A stretch of 64,000 bases of DNA, from positions 64,001-128,000 of the forward strand of contig JBGPGO010000006.1 in the NCBI GenBank assembly GCA_041483895.1. The letters run 5' to 3'. The notes beneath the pieces are model-generated. The model searched no databases. It worked only from the letters and a program-made list of their open reading frames with translations, and had not been told where the DNA came from. A program made the position numbers and the translations under genes. The stretch is from Fimbriimonadia bacterium (GTDB lineage Bacteria > Armatimonadota > Fimbriimonadia > Fimbriimonadales > JABRVX01). This document shows positions 27,882 through 36,905 of the stretch, piece by piece; position 1 is the stretch's first letter, and each line of letters begins with the position of its first letter.

Positions 27882-28857
27882 GCGCGCGGTCATCCAGGGA
27901 ATGGGCGTGGGGATTCCGGACCGGGTTCTTAACAACGCGGACCTGGAACGACTCGTCGAGACCAGCGACGAATGGATCACCACTCGCACCGGGATCAAAG
28001 AGCGCCGGATCATCGCGCCCGATCAGACCAATACCGAACTTTGCATCATGGCGGCGCGGGAGGCTCTGGAGCGATCCAAAATGGACGCGAAGGAGCTCGA
28101 CGTCATCGTTGTCGCCACAGTGACGGGAGAAACGCCGTTTCCGTCAACCGCTTGCCGGGTGCAGCATGGTCTCGGGATTGCCGGTTGCCCGGCGTTCGAC
28201 ATTTTGGCCGCGTGCGCGGGATTTGTGTACGGAGGGGCCCTCATTTCCGGCCTTTTCGCGGCGGGGACGTTCAAGAACGCCCTACTGATCGGCTGCGAGA
28301 TCATGTCGCAGATCACCGACTGGAGCGACCGGTCGACCTGCGTGCTGTTCGGCGATGCGGCCGGTGCGGCGGTCTTGAAAGCCGAAGAAGGCGATCGAGG
28401 AATTCTCGCAAGCTGCATCAACGCGGATGGCGCTGGACGCGACCTCATCAAACTAAGTTACGATCACGATCGGACGCCGCTCGATGGAGATCAAAGAGCG
28501 GGCGCAGTTGGATATGCTTCGATGGAGGGGCAGGAGATTTTTCGGGTTGCCGTGCGGGCCCTGGTGGAGGCCTGCCTTACGAGCCTGGAAAAGGCCGGTC
28601 TGCAGCCTTCGGACGTTGATCTGTTCGTGCCCCATCAGGCCAATCTGCGCATCATCACGGCGACAATGGAGAAGTTGGAGCTGCCTCAGGACAAGGCCTA
28701 CATCAACATTCAGAAGTACGGCAACACGTCTTCCGCGTCGATTCCCGTCGCATTGTGGGAGGCCGAGAAGGCCGGGCGAATCAAGCGGGGCGATATTGTT
28801 CTGACCGTTGGCATCGGCGCTGGAATCACCTGGGGCGCCAATGTGATTCGCTGGTAG
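27874..28857 (+). CDS. fabH: 3-oxoacyl-ACP synthase III
   Basis: WITTRTGI, AACAG, PHQAN and GNTSSAS catalytic motifs. Confidence 0.97.
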   Translation: MPKRAVIQGMGVGIPDRVLNNADLERLVETSDEWITTRTGIKERRIIAPDQTNTELCIMAAREALERSKMDAKELDVIVVATVTGETPFPSTACRVQHGLGIAGCPAFDILAACAGFVYGGALISGLFAAGTFKNALLIGCEIMSQITDWSDRSTCVLFGDAAGAAVLKAEEGDRGILASCINADGAGRDLIKLSYDHDRTPLDGDQRAGAVGYASMEGQEIFRVAVRALVEACLTSLEKAGLQPSDVDLFVPHQANLRIITATMEKLELPQDKAYINIQKYGNTSSASIPVALWEAEKAGRIKRGDIVLTVGIGAGITWGANVIRW

Positions 28858-30573
28858 TCAGGCCGCGAGGGCGTCGTCGACCACGTCGAACGTGGACTGG
28901 GCGCTTCCCAGAAATCGCATCGCCTCTTCCGGCGAGACCAAACCGTCCCGAACTTTATCTTGGATGTTATTCAGCAGCGGAACCATTCCGTGCGCCACCG
29001 CAGCTTTATGGATCGCCGCGCTCGATTCGCGTCTGAGCGTCAATTGCCTTAGTTCCTCATCCATGAGCAGGACTTCGTGAATTCCTAGCCGCCCTCGATA
29101 GCCCAAATCGTTGCAATGTGGGCAGCCGAGGGGACGCCAAACCGCGCCGGGATCGAACAGCAGGGTGTCGATCTCGCTGGGAGTGATTCGGCTCTCGATC
29201 TTGCATTCGGGACAAAGGCGGCGCATCAGTCGTTGGGCCGTTACCGCAATCAGCGAAGAGTTGATCAGGAACGGCTCCACCTCCATATCGATCAGGCGCG
29301 GAATGGCTCCTGCAGCATCGTTGGTATGGAGCGTCGAGAGCACCAGCTGTCCGGTCATGGCAGCCCGAGCGACAACTTCTGCTGTTTCCATATCGCGAAT
29401 CTCGCCAACAAGAAGTATGTCCGGATCCTGCCGCAGAGCCGCACGAAGCTGGCCGGCGAACGTGAGGCCAATCGATTCATGAACCTGACTTTGACCGATG
29501 CCCGGCACCTCGTATTCGATCGGATCCTCGCAGGTTAGGATGTTGACGGATTCGTTGTTGAGTTCCTGAACGGCGGCATAAAGAGTTGTTGTCTTTCCCG
29601 ACCCCGTGGGGCCCGTGACGAGGATCAATCCATGGGGATGAGAGAGCGAGCTGCGAAATCTTCGGTCGTTGATTGGAGACATGTCTAGCTCGTTGAGAGA
29701 CCGGAGGACCGACGCCTTGTCCAAAAATCTGAGCACGAGCCGCTCACCCCATTTGGTCGGGAAGCAGTTCACTCGGATGTCGATGCGCCGATCGCCGGTC
29801 TTGATGGAGATTCGACCGTCCTGCGGCATTCTCCGCTGCGAAATATCCATTTCCGCCATAATTTTGAGGCGGGATAGGATCGCGGGCTGAAGATTTGGGG
29901 GCAGGGAACGGATTCGCTTCAGAATTCCATCCACTCGGATACGAACGTCCAATCCTTGCCGCTGAGGCTCGAAATGGATGTCGCTTGTTCCACGCGTGAC
30001 GCATTCAGCCAACACGTCGTTGACCAGCTGGATGACCGGGGCCTCCTGGCTCGCCCGCTTCATCGTCTCGACGGTATAGGAGTCGAGGTCCTCGTCAGAA
30101 TCTACTATCACCGCCTCCGTATGGACGAGCGTCTCTTGCTGACCAATGCCGTAATAGAACGCCACGGCCCGATCGACTCGCTCCGGGAGCGCAAATCTTG
30201 GTTCCACTTTGACGCCGGAGCGCACCTGCAGCCAATCCATCGCTTCGAGATCGTCCGGGTATGCCATCGCGACGACAAGGCTGTTCTCGCTGAGGGTCAG
30301 TGGCAGCATCTTATAGGATTTTGCCGTTGCGGGAGTGGCTTTTTCCAGCGCTTCCGGTTGGGGCGAGATGTCGGCCATCGTTTCGTAGGGGACCTCGAAC
30401 TGCTCCGCCATTGCCCGACCCAGATCGTCGATGGAGACTAAACGACTGCCGATCAGAATTTCGCCCAGCCTCTTGCCGGTGCTCGCTGACTCTTCCAAGG
30501 AGGCGTCAAGCTGCGCTTGGGTTATGCGACCGGATTTGACGAGGATTTCCCCAAGACGTTTTCGTACGATCAT
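28858..30573 (-). CDS. GspE/PilB-family secretion/pilus assembly ATPase with MshEN domain
   Basis: Tandem RLGEIL motifs, GPTGSGKT, EDPIE, LRQDPD, GEIRD and CxxC pairs. Confidence 0.93.
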   Translation of the reverse strand: MIVRKRLGEILVKSGRITQAQLDASLEESASTGKRLGEILIGSRLVSIDDLGRAMAEQFEVPYETMADISPQPEALEKATPATAKSYKMLPLTLSENSLVVAMAYPDDLEAMDWLQVRSGVKVEPRFALPERVDRAVAFYYGIGQQETLVHTEAVIVDSDEDLDSYTVETMKRASQEAPVIQLVNDVLAECVTRGTSDIHFEPQRQGLDVRIRVDGILKRIRSLPPNLQPAILSRLKIMAEMDISQRRMPQDGRISIKTGDRRIDIRVNCFPTKWGERLVLRFLDKASVLRSLNELDMSPINDRRFRSSLSHPHGLILVTGPTGSGKTTTLYAAVQELNNESVNILTCEDPIEYEVPGIGQSQVHESIGLTFAGQLRAALRQDPDILLVGEIRDMETAEVVARAAMTGQLVLSTLHTNDAAGAIPRLIDMEVEPFLINSSLIAVTAQRLMRRLCPECKIESRITPSEIDTLLFDPGAVWRPLGCPHCNDLGYRGRLGIHEVLLMDEELRQLTLRRESSAAIHKAAVAHGMVPLLNNIQDKVRDGLVSPEEAMRFLGSAQSTFDVVDDALAA

Positions 30574-30588
30574 AATTCTATTGCTACA

Positions 30589-30615
30589 TGATCGGTACTT
30601 CCGGGTTCGAACTTA
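30589..30615 (-). promoter_or_regulatory. possible sigma-28 promoter
   Basis: Minus strand TAAGTTCG-N11-ACCGATCA versus consensus TAAAGTTT-N11-GCCGATAA. Confidence 0.4.
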
Positions 30616-30851
30616 TGGGCTTGGGAACGGCTTTGGGTGGCTGGCTTACAGGAATTCCATAGGGTTTTTGGGGAACGTTACAAAAGTTTGCGTTCGATAT
30701 TTGTCCCAGCGGCTTCTTTTCGTCGATTCACCCTGAAGGGGCATGAGGGGCGATCGGCCTGCATTCCGATCCGCGTTTGAACTCAAAGCGGGTACTCTCG
30801 TGGGCACGATCATGGTCCGATTCGGTTCCTAACGAAATCATCATCAAACCC

Positions 30852-32798
30852 ATGCAGAACAGCATCAGTCCGACCCGATTCTCAGGAAGCTTATTGGGGT
30901 GCGCGCTCGGCCAGGCTGTCGGCGCCTCGCTAGGGATACAGCGGCACGGAAGCAGCGCGTTTGCGTCGGTCACCGGTTTCAATCCTCTTCCACCGGCCAT
31001 GCCATCGATCGAGGAGATCGACTATCAGATCCTATGGGCGGACGTCGTCTCAAAGGGCGGCAGGCCCGGTTCCGGCGCATTATTGTGCGCCGCTTACAAA
31101 CAAAATCCCTTGACCGGCGAAGATGCGTCCGCTTTCGCCCTGTACAACATGCGGCGCGGACTGACATCCCCCGCTTCCGGGAGTTGCGAGAATCCATATT
31201 TCGAGAGCTTTGCTCCGGCCGGGCGGTCGCCGATTTGGGCCTGCCTATCGCCTGGGGATTCGGCGGAGGCGGCGCGGCTTGCCGGGATAGCGGCGATGGT
31301 CGATCACGGGGGCGAGGCGGTCTTTGCGGCGATGTTCTCGGCTGCCTGCCTATCGGCGGCGTTCGTAGCTCCGAGCGTTCCCAAGTCGATCGGGACGGCG
31401 ATGAAAATGATACCGTTCGATAGCGCCACCGCCAACTGCGTTCGAGCGGCCATAACCGCCGTCCAGTCGGGTCTGGCGGGAGAAGAGGCGAAGCTGCGAA
31501 TCGACAATGCGGCGGGAACGTGTGATACGGGGTACGGCCCTTTGAACGTAGGATATTTTGTTCTTTCCCTCCTGCTTGGAAACGGAGATTTCGGCCAAAC
31601 GATTCTGGCGGCAGCCTCGTTCGGCGGCGCCACGAGACAGACGGCGGGACTGGCCGGCGCATTTGTCGGCATTTTGCGAGGGGACGAAGCGATCTCTGAC
31701 GAGTGGCGCGCGGTGATCGGAGACAAGCTGACATCCGGGTGGAGCAAGCCAAGTTTCAAGCTGCCGAAGACGGCCGGTGATTGGGCGAAGCTGATGGAGG
31801 CGTTGGCGATGAGATTGCCCAGGGACGGCGCTCCGACGGTTGTCGCCGAACCGCCCGCGCCGCCGATCGCCGAACCGGTGGAAGGGGCGGCTGATCCTGA
31901 ACCCGCGCCACCGGCCCCTGACCCCCTCGCGGCGCTGCAGGACAACTCGCTCTGCCAACCGTTTTGGAGCTTGACGCCGTATTCCCAGGTCTTGGAGCAG
32001 GCAAACCTTCGCGTCACTTTCGAGTCGCTCGATCCGCCATTCGTCCGTCCGGGGCGGTCGAACCGCTTGCGAGTGCTGGTCGAGAACATCGGCAAGAAAG
32101 AGCTGGGTGTCGAGCCGGCCATCACGGGCCCGGAAGGTTGGGCGCTCGCAGCGCGGCCGCAGAGCGCGAAGCTATGGCCCGGCGCAACGTACGAATTCGC
32201 CGCGGTCGTGCAGTGTCCGCCGGATGCGAATCCAGGTGACGCCAGCCTACTGAATCTGAAGCTCGGGACGAACGAATTCAATGCCGCATTGCTCAAACGA
32301 CGGGGATGGGTGTCGGTTGGGCCGTTCCGCAATGACGAGGGCATGGGCTATGAAAAATACCACAAGCCTGAGGATGTTTACAGGCGGGACGAGGTGTTCA
32401 TGCTGCGCTCCGGCATACCAGGCAAATGGACCCCGGTCTATTTCGACGGCCCGTGGATGCCGATTGAGGATGCATTCAATTCGAGCGCGGGCGTGATCTA
32501 TTACCGGACGATACTCGAGAGCGGCGAGGCCCGGAAAGTCCGAATTGTCGCGGCGACTGATCATGCGCTCATCATATGGGTGAATCGGCAAAAGATGCTG
32601 TGGTACCGGGAGCCGTCCGTCGCGTTTCCCCGGCCCCGGCGACCCTACGTTGTGGAAGGGACTTTGGTGGCCGGAGCTAACGAATTGATGCTGAAAGTCG
32701 TTCGTGGTAATGAGCCGATTCGCGGGCTGTGGTTTTATGTGCTTGGCGAAGACGGACAAATTCCTGAGGACATACGGTTTGATGAAACGAAAGCATGA
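30852..32798 (+). CDS. ADP-ribosylglycohydrolase-like protein with C-terminal NEW3/beta-sandwich domains
   Basis: GSLLGCALGQAVG and DHGGEAVFAAMF; Pro-rich linker; GPEGW; acidic catalytic motifs look degenerate. Confidence 0.7.
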   Translation: MQNSISPTRFSGSLLGCALGQAVGASLGIQRHGSSAFASVTGFNPLPPAMPSIEEIDYQILWADVVSKGGRPGSGALLCAAYKQNPLTGEDASAFALYNMRRGLTSPASGSCENPYFESFAPAGRSPIWACLSPGDSAEAARLAGIAAMVDHGGEAVFAAMFSAACLSAAFVAPSVPKSIGTAMKMIPFDSATANCVRAAITAVQSGLAGEEAKLRIDNAAGTCDTGYGPLNVGYFVLSLLLGNGDFGQTILAAASFGGATRQTAGLAGAFVGILRGDEAISDEWRAVIGDKLTSGWSKPSFKLPKTAGDWAKLMEALAMRLPRDGAPTVVAEPPAPPIAEPVEGAADPEPAPPAPDPLAALQDNSLCQPFWSLTPYSQVLEQANLRVTFESLDPPFVRPGRSNRLRVLVENIGKKELGVEPAITGPEGWALAARPQSAKLWPGATYEFAAVVQCPPDANPGDASLLNLKLGTNEFNAALLKRRGWVSVGPFRNDEGMGYEKYHKPEDVYRRDEVFMLRSGIPGKWTPVYFDGPWMPIEDAFNSSAGVIYYRTILESGEARKVRIVAATDHALIIWVNRQKMLWYREPSVAFPRPRRPYVVEGTLVAGANELMLKVVRGNEPIRGLWFYVLGEDGQIPEDIRFDETKA

Positions 32799-33618
32799 AG
32801 GCATAAGAACGATCCCCGTCGAGGCGGTTGGCAACGCGTTCTTGCTCGTGGATGAGCGGGAGTCGGGCGAGCAGGATTGGCCCTCGGTCGCACGTGAGGT
32901 CTGCTGGGGCGCGGATGCGAATCGCGCGCTGTGCGACGGGCTGCTGGTAGTTGCGCCGGGGGAACCTGTCTCGTTGCGCATGTTCAATCCGGACGGATCG
33001 GAAGACTTTTGCGGCAACGGCCTGATTTGCCTGGCTGCGTATGCGCGCGAGACCGTGCTTGCCGTTGGGAATGATTTCAGCATTTTGCATGGCGGGCGGG
33101 AGATACCGGTTCATTTGTCTCCGTACGGTCTTGCCACGATCACGCTTCCCGAACCGCGATTCGATCCCGGCTCCATTCCGGTCGCCGCGCCGCCGGACGC
33201 CAAACTGCCGCTGGAGCTGCGTATCGATGGGCTGGACATCGCCATCCGGCCCGTTTCTACCGGAACGGCGCATGCGGTTCTCGTTGTTGACAGATTGCCG
33301 GAAGATGAGACGTTTATTTCCATCAGTCCGTGGCTGGAGACGCATCCCTTGTTCCCAGACCGCACCACGGTGGATTGGGTCCAACCGGTAGAACGGGGAC
33401 GCGTGCAGGTACGAATTTGGGAGCGGGGAGTGGGCGAGACGTTGGGTTGTGGGACCGGATCGGCGGCGATCGCGGCCACCACATTCGGGACGCTGCACGA
33501 CGGCGATCTGGTCGTTGCGTCTCGGGGCGGCGAGCTGCGCGTACGGTGGCCGGGCAGCGGCCCGATACAGGTGACCGGAACGGCGAAGGTATCGCTGCCG
33601 GCGCCCGTGCGGTGTTGA
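32782..33618 (+). CDS. dapF: diaminopimelate epimerase
   Basis: GNAF, NPDGSEDFCGNG and ERGVGETLGCGTG motifs. Confidence 0.9.
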   Translation: MKRKHEGIRTIPVEAVGNAFLLVDERESGEQDWPSVAREVCWGADANRALCDGLLVVAPGEPVSLRMFNPDGSEDFCGNGLICLAAYARETVLAVGNDFSILHGGREIPVHLSPYGLATITLPEPRFDPGSIPVAAPPDAKLPLELRIDGLDIAIRPVSTGTAHAVLVVDRLPEDETFISISPWLETHPLFPDRTTVDWVQPVERGRVQVRIWERGVGETLGCGTGSAAIAATTFGTLHDGDLVVASRGGELRVRWPGSGPIQVTGTAKVSLPAPVRC

Positions 33619-33621
33619 TGC

Positions 33622-34467
33622 GTGATCGAACTTTTTGATGGGGCGGGCGCAAGTCGAGGGCACTATGATGAGCGCAACCGGCTGAATGATTTGACGGGCC
33701 GGGAATGGGTGTATGCGACCCGATCTGTCATCGCGAAGTCCTATCCGCCGAGTTTTCAATTCGAGCTGCGGAACCAGCATGGCGGGCAAAAGCCGCCGGA
33801 ACTCTGCGCCGATCTCATCCGGACGTTTACGAAGGCCGGGCAGCGAGTGCTGGATCCGTTCATGGGAGTCGGCGGGACGCTGATCGGCGCGTCGATGTCA
33901 GACCGGGACGCGATAGGGATCGAGATAGAGCCGCGATGGGTGGACATCTACCGTGAGGTGTGCGCGCGAGAAGGGTTGCAGCATTTGACAACGCTCGTCG
34001 GGGATTGCCGCGAGGTATTGACGACGATCGAAGGGCCGGTCGATTTTCTTCTTACCGACGTGCCGTTTTGGAATATGGACACGGCAAAGCGATCGAATGG
34101 CAAATTCAAGCGAGTCGGGCAGCCGGTTGCGGACGGCACGCTTCGAAAAGCGCTTCGGCCATTCCATCCCTCCTCCGCGCAGGACAAGGAGACCTGGCTC
34201 GAACTGATGCGCGAGGTGTTTACCGCCTGCCGCTCTCTCGTTCGCCCGAACGGTTACGCGGCGGTGATGATCGGCGATATGTATCAGGATGGCAGGTATC
34301 ACATGTTGTCCGCCGATCTCGCTTCTTGTTTGCAAGATATCGGGTGGACGCTCAAGGCCAATCTGATATGGTACGACGTGAGCAAGCAGCTTCATTTATA
34401 TGCGTACCGCTATGCGTTTATCCCCAGCATGATGCACCAGAACATTCTCATATTGAGGAACGAATGA
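33622..34467 (+). CDS. N4/N6 DNA methylase-like SAM-dependent methyltransferase
   Basis: NRLNDLTGREW, QKPPEL, VLDPFMGVGGT and TDVPF (DPPY-like). Confidence 0.8.
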   Translation: MIELFDGAGASRGHYDERNRLNDLTGREWVYATRSVIAKSYPPSFQFELRNQHGGQKPPELCADLIRTFTKAGQRVLDPFMGVGGTLIGASMSDRDAIGIEIEPRWVDIYREVCAREGLQHLTTLVGDCREVLTTIEGPVDFLLTDVPFWNMDTAKRSNGKFKRVGQPVADGTLRKALRPFHPSSAQDKETWLELMREVFTACRSLVRPNGYAAVMIGDMYQDGRYHMLSADLASCLQDIGWTLKANLIWYDVSKQLHLYAYRYAFIPSMMHQNILILRNE

Positions 34468-35558
34468 GTCTTCGGGTGCTTCAGGTCGTGTCCAGCTCCA
34501 AGACCTCGGGCGCGGAGAGGCACGTGTTTCTTCTGACGCAGATGCTGTTGCAACGGGGTCATCAGGTCTCGGTCGTGTGTCCCCCCGACGGATGGCTGGT
34601 GGATGCTTTGCGAAGCGCCGACATCGAGGTGCATGAGATGGCGATGCGGAAGGCATCTTCTTTTTCCGCCTATCGCCGGTTGTGGTCGTTGATTCGGCGG
34701 GAACGATTCGATGTCGTGCACACGCATTTGACTCGCGCGACCTATCATGCGGGTCTGGTGGCGATGTTGCGGCGGGTGCCGGTTCTGGCGTCCGTGCATG
34801 TCTTTTCCCGCGATCTTGTCTTCCGCTTGCTTGCGGCGCGCGGATCGAAACTGATTGCTGTCTCCGAATCCGTGCGCTCTGCCTTGCGCCAGGCGGGAAT
34901 TTCCGCGGACCGCATCGAGGTGGTGTACAACGGGACGGATTTTGTTGACGCCGCGCCCGCGACGGATAGCGTTTGCGAGGAGTTTGGGTTGAGTGGCAAT
35001 GGGGGACTTGTAGGATTGGTCGGGCGGGTCGCGAAGGAGAAAGGGCATCTGGTGGCGCTCGGGGCGGCCAAGCGGCTACAGGCTACACATCCCGATCTCA
35101 GGTACCTGTTTGTGGGCCGAATGGTGCCGGGTTTTGAGCCGGAGTTTCGGGAGGCGCTTGAACGGAGCGGTCTTGGGGATCGGGTGGTGCTGACCGGCGA
35201 CCGGAGCGATGTGCCGCGCCTGATGGACGCGATGGACATCGTGATGCTGCCATCCGAGAAGGAGTCGTTCGGGTTGGTCGCGGTGGAGGCGATGGCGCGG
35301 GGGAAGCCGATTATCGCGACGCGGGTCGGCGGGCTGTCCGAGGTGATTCGCGATAACGAGACCGGGCTTCTCATCGAGCAGGACGAGGCGCAGTTGGCAT
35401 CCGCCATCGATGGGCTGCTGGCCGATCCCGAGCGGCGGCGCACCATGGGGGAGACCGGCCGCGCGTGGGTCCGGGATAACTTCAGCCATACGCGGATGGT
35501 GGAGCGGATTGAGGAGATTTACCTGTCTTTGGCTCCTCTTCCTGGCAGCCACCCTTAG
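34464..35558 (+). CDS. GT4 family glycosyltransferase
   Basis: SGAERH, VVHTH and ESFGLVAVEAMARG motifs; ATG overlaps the upstream stop. Confidence 0.92.
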   Translation: MSLRVLQVVSSSKTSGAERHVFLLTQMLLQRGHQVSVVCPPDGWLVDALRSADIEVHEMAMRKASSFSAYRRLWSLIRRERFDVVHTHLTRATYHAGLVAMLRRVPVLASVHVFSRDLVFRLLAARGSKLIAVSESVRSALRQAGISADRIEVVYNGTDFVDAAPATDSVCEEFGLSGNGGLVGLVGRVAKEKGHLVALGAAKRLQATHPDLRYLFVGRMVPGFEPEFREALERSGLGDRVVLTGDRSDVPRLMDAMDIVMLPSEKESFGLVAVEAMARGKPIIATRVGGLSEVIRDNETGLLIEQDEAQLASAIDGLLADPERRRTMGETGRAWVRDNFSHTRMVERIEEIYLSLAPLPGSHP

Positions 35559-35562
35559 AAGT

Positions 35563-35773
35563 CCGATGCGACCGGTCTCCTGACCGAGTCGCAACCATTC
35601 TTTAGGTCTCCTGACCGTCCGCCCCTTGTTCGGTCTGGAGACCCCGGAGGAACTTGCGACTCGGTCAGGAGACCGGTCGCATCGGGAGGTGAGGAGACCG
35701 GTCGCATCGGTAGGAACTTGCGACTCGGTCGGGAGACCGGTCGCATCAAGAGTCTTGACGATGCGATCGTCAA
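35563..35773. repeat. cluster of TTGCGACTCGGTCAGGAGACCGGTCGCATC palindromic repeats
   Basis: Units at 35563-35594 (inverted), 35654-35685, 35692-35710 (partial) and 35718-35747, followed by a TTGACGATGCGATCGTCAA unit. Confidence 0.85.
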
Positions 35774-35932
35774 TTAAAAAGGGCGGCGGGAACGGTTTCT
35801 GCCGCCAACACCGAATATGTGGGTAGGGACGGGCCTTCGGTACCCTGGCGGCGACCGGCAGACTCCAATGAATGCGCGGTTTGCTGGGAGATAGGGGATA
35901 GGAAGGTACAATACGGTGGCTAGGGGGCCGAT

Positions 35933-36898
35933 TTGAACGTACATTCGCCGGGAAAACGACGAGCGGCACGAAAACATCGCGTGGTTCTGGCCGAAGCGTA
36001 TGGCTACTGCTTCGGGGTGCGCCGGGCTGTCGAGATTGTCGAGAAGGTCCGGACCGAGCGTGAGGGGAGCCTGACGACGCTCGGCCCGATCATCCACAAC
36101 CCACAGGTGGTCGCCCGGCACCAGAAGATGGGCATCGATTTTGAGACGGACCTGGAGAAGGTAGATCCAGGCATCGTCGTGATGTCGGCGCATGGGGTCC
36201 CTCCGACCACGATCGACCGTGCTAAGGAGCTGGGTTTGGGCATTGTGGACGTCACCTGTCCCTTCGTCACGAAAGTCCACAATGCGGCGCAAAAGATGGC
36301 GCAAGAGGGGTACGAGATCGTGATCCTCGGCGATGCGGGACACACCGAAGTAAAAGGGGTCATCGGATCGATCGACGCTGTGGGCGGGAAGTACACCGTG
36401 GTATCCGGTCCGGAAGATATTCATAAGGTCGGCACTCCCCGCAAAGTGGGTGTGGTGACGCAGACGACGCAGCAGGGCGAGACGTTCGCGGCGCTGGTCG
36501 GAGAGTTGACAAAGATCTGTTTCGAAGTGCGCTCGGTGAACACCATCTGCGGCGCGACCGACGAGCTGCAAGCGTCCGCCACGGAGATCGCATCGCAGGT
36601 CGAGATGGTGTTGGTTATCGGCGGAAAAAACAGCGCGAACACCAAACGGCTGCGCGATATCATCGAGGCGGAAGGGACTCCGGCGTATCATATCGAAACC
36701 GTGGACGAGATTCAGGACGCATGGTTGGACGCGGTAGATGTGGTGGGAGTGACAGCGGGCGCGAGCACACCGGATTTTGTCATTGATGAAGTTCTCGACT
36801 ATCTGACCCATGGAGAGATGCAGGTTCCGAAGGATCGAGGACACTACGATATTCAGGGCGACGTGACAGACAAGCTGACCGCATATACGATCAAGTGA
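35933..36898 (+). CDS. ispH: 4-hydroxy-3-methylbut-2-enyl diphosphate reductase
   Basis: GYCFGVRRA, IIHN, TCPFV, QTT, TICGAT and TAGASTP motifs. Confidence 0.96.
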   Translation: MNVHSPGKRRAARKHRVVLAEAYGYCFGVRRAVEIVEKVRTEREGSLTTLGPIIHNPQVVARHQKMGIDFETDLEKVDPGIVVMSAHGVPPTTIDRAKELGLGIVDVTCPFVTKVHNAAQKMAQEGYEIVILGDAGHTEVKGVIGSIDAVGGKYTVVSGPEDIHKVGTPRKVGVVTQTTQQGETFAALVGELTKICFEVRSVNTICGATDELQASATEIASQVEMVLVIGGKNSANTKRLRDIIEAEGTPAYHIETVDEIQDAWLDAVDVVGVTAGASTPDFVIDEVLDYLTHGEMQVPKDRGHYDIQGDVTDKLTAYTIK

Positions 36899-36905
36899 GG
36901 GAAAG

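Noticed and set aside
30574..30851. c-di-GMP or other riboswitch upstream of the PilB-like gene
   Set aside because: No recognisable aptamer consensus by eye; an Rfam scan would be needed to exclude it fully.
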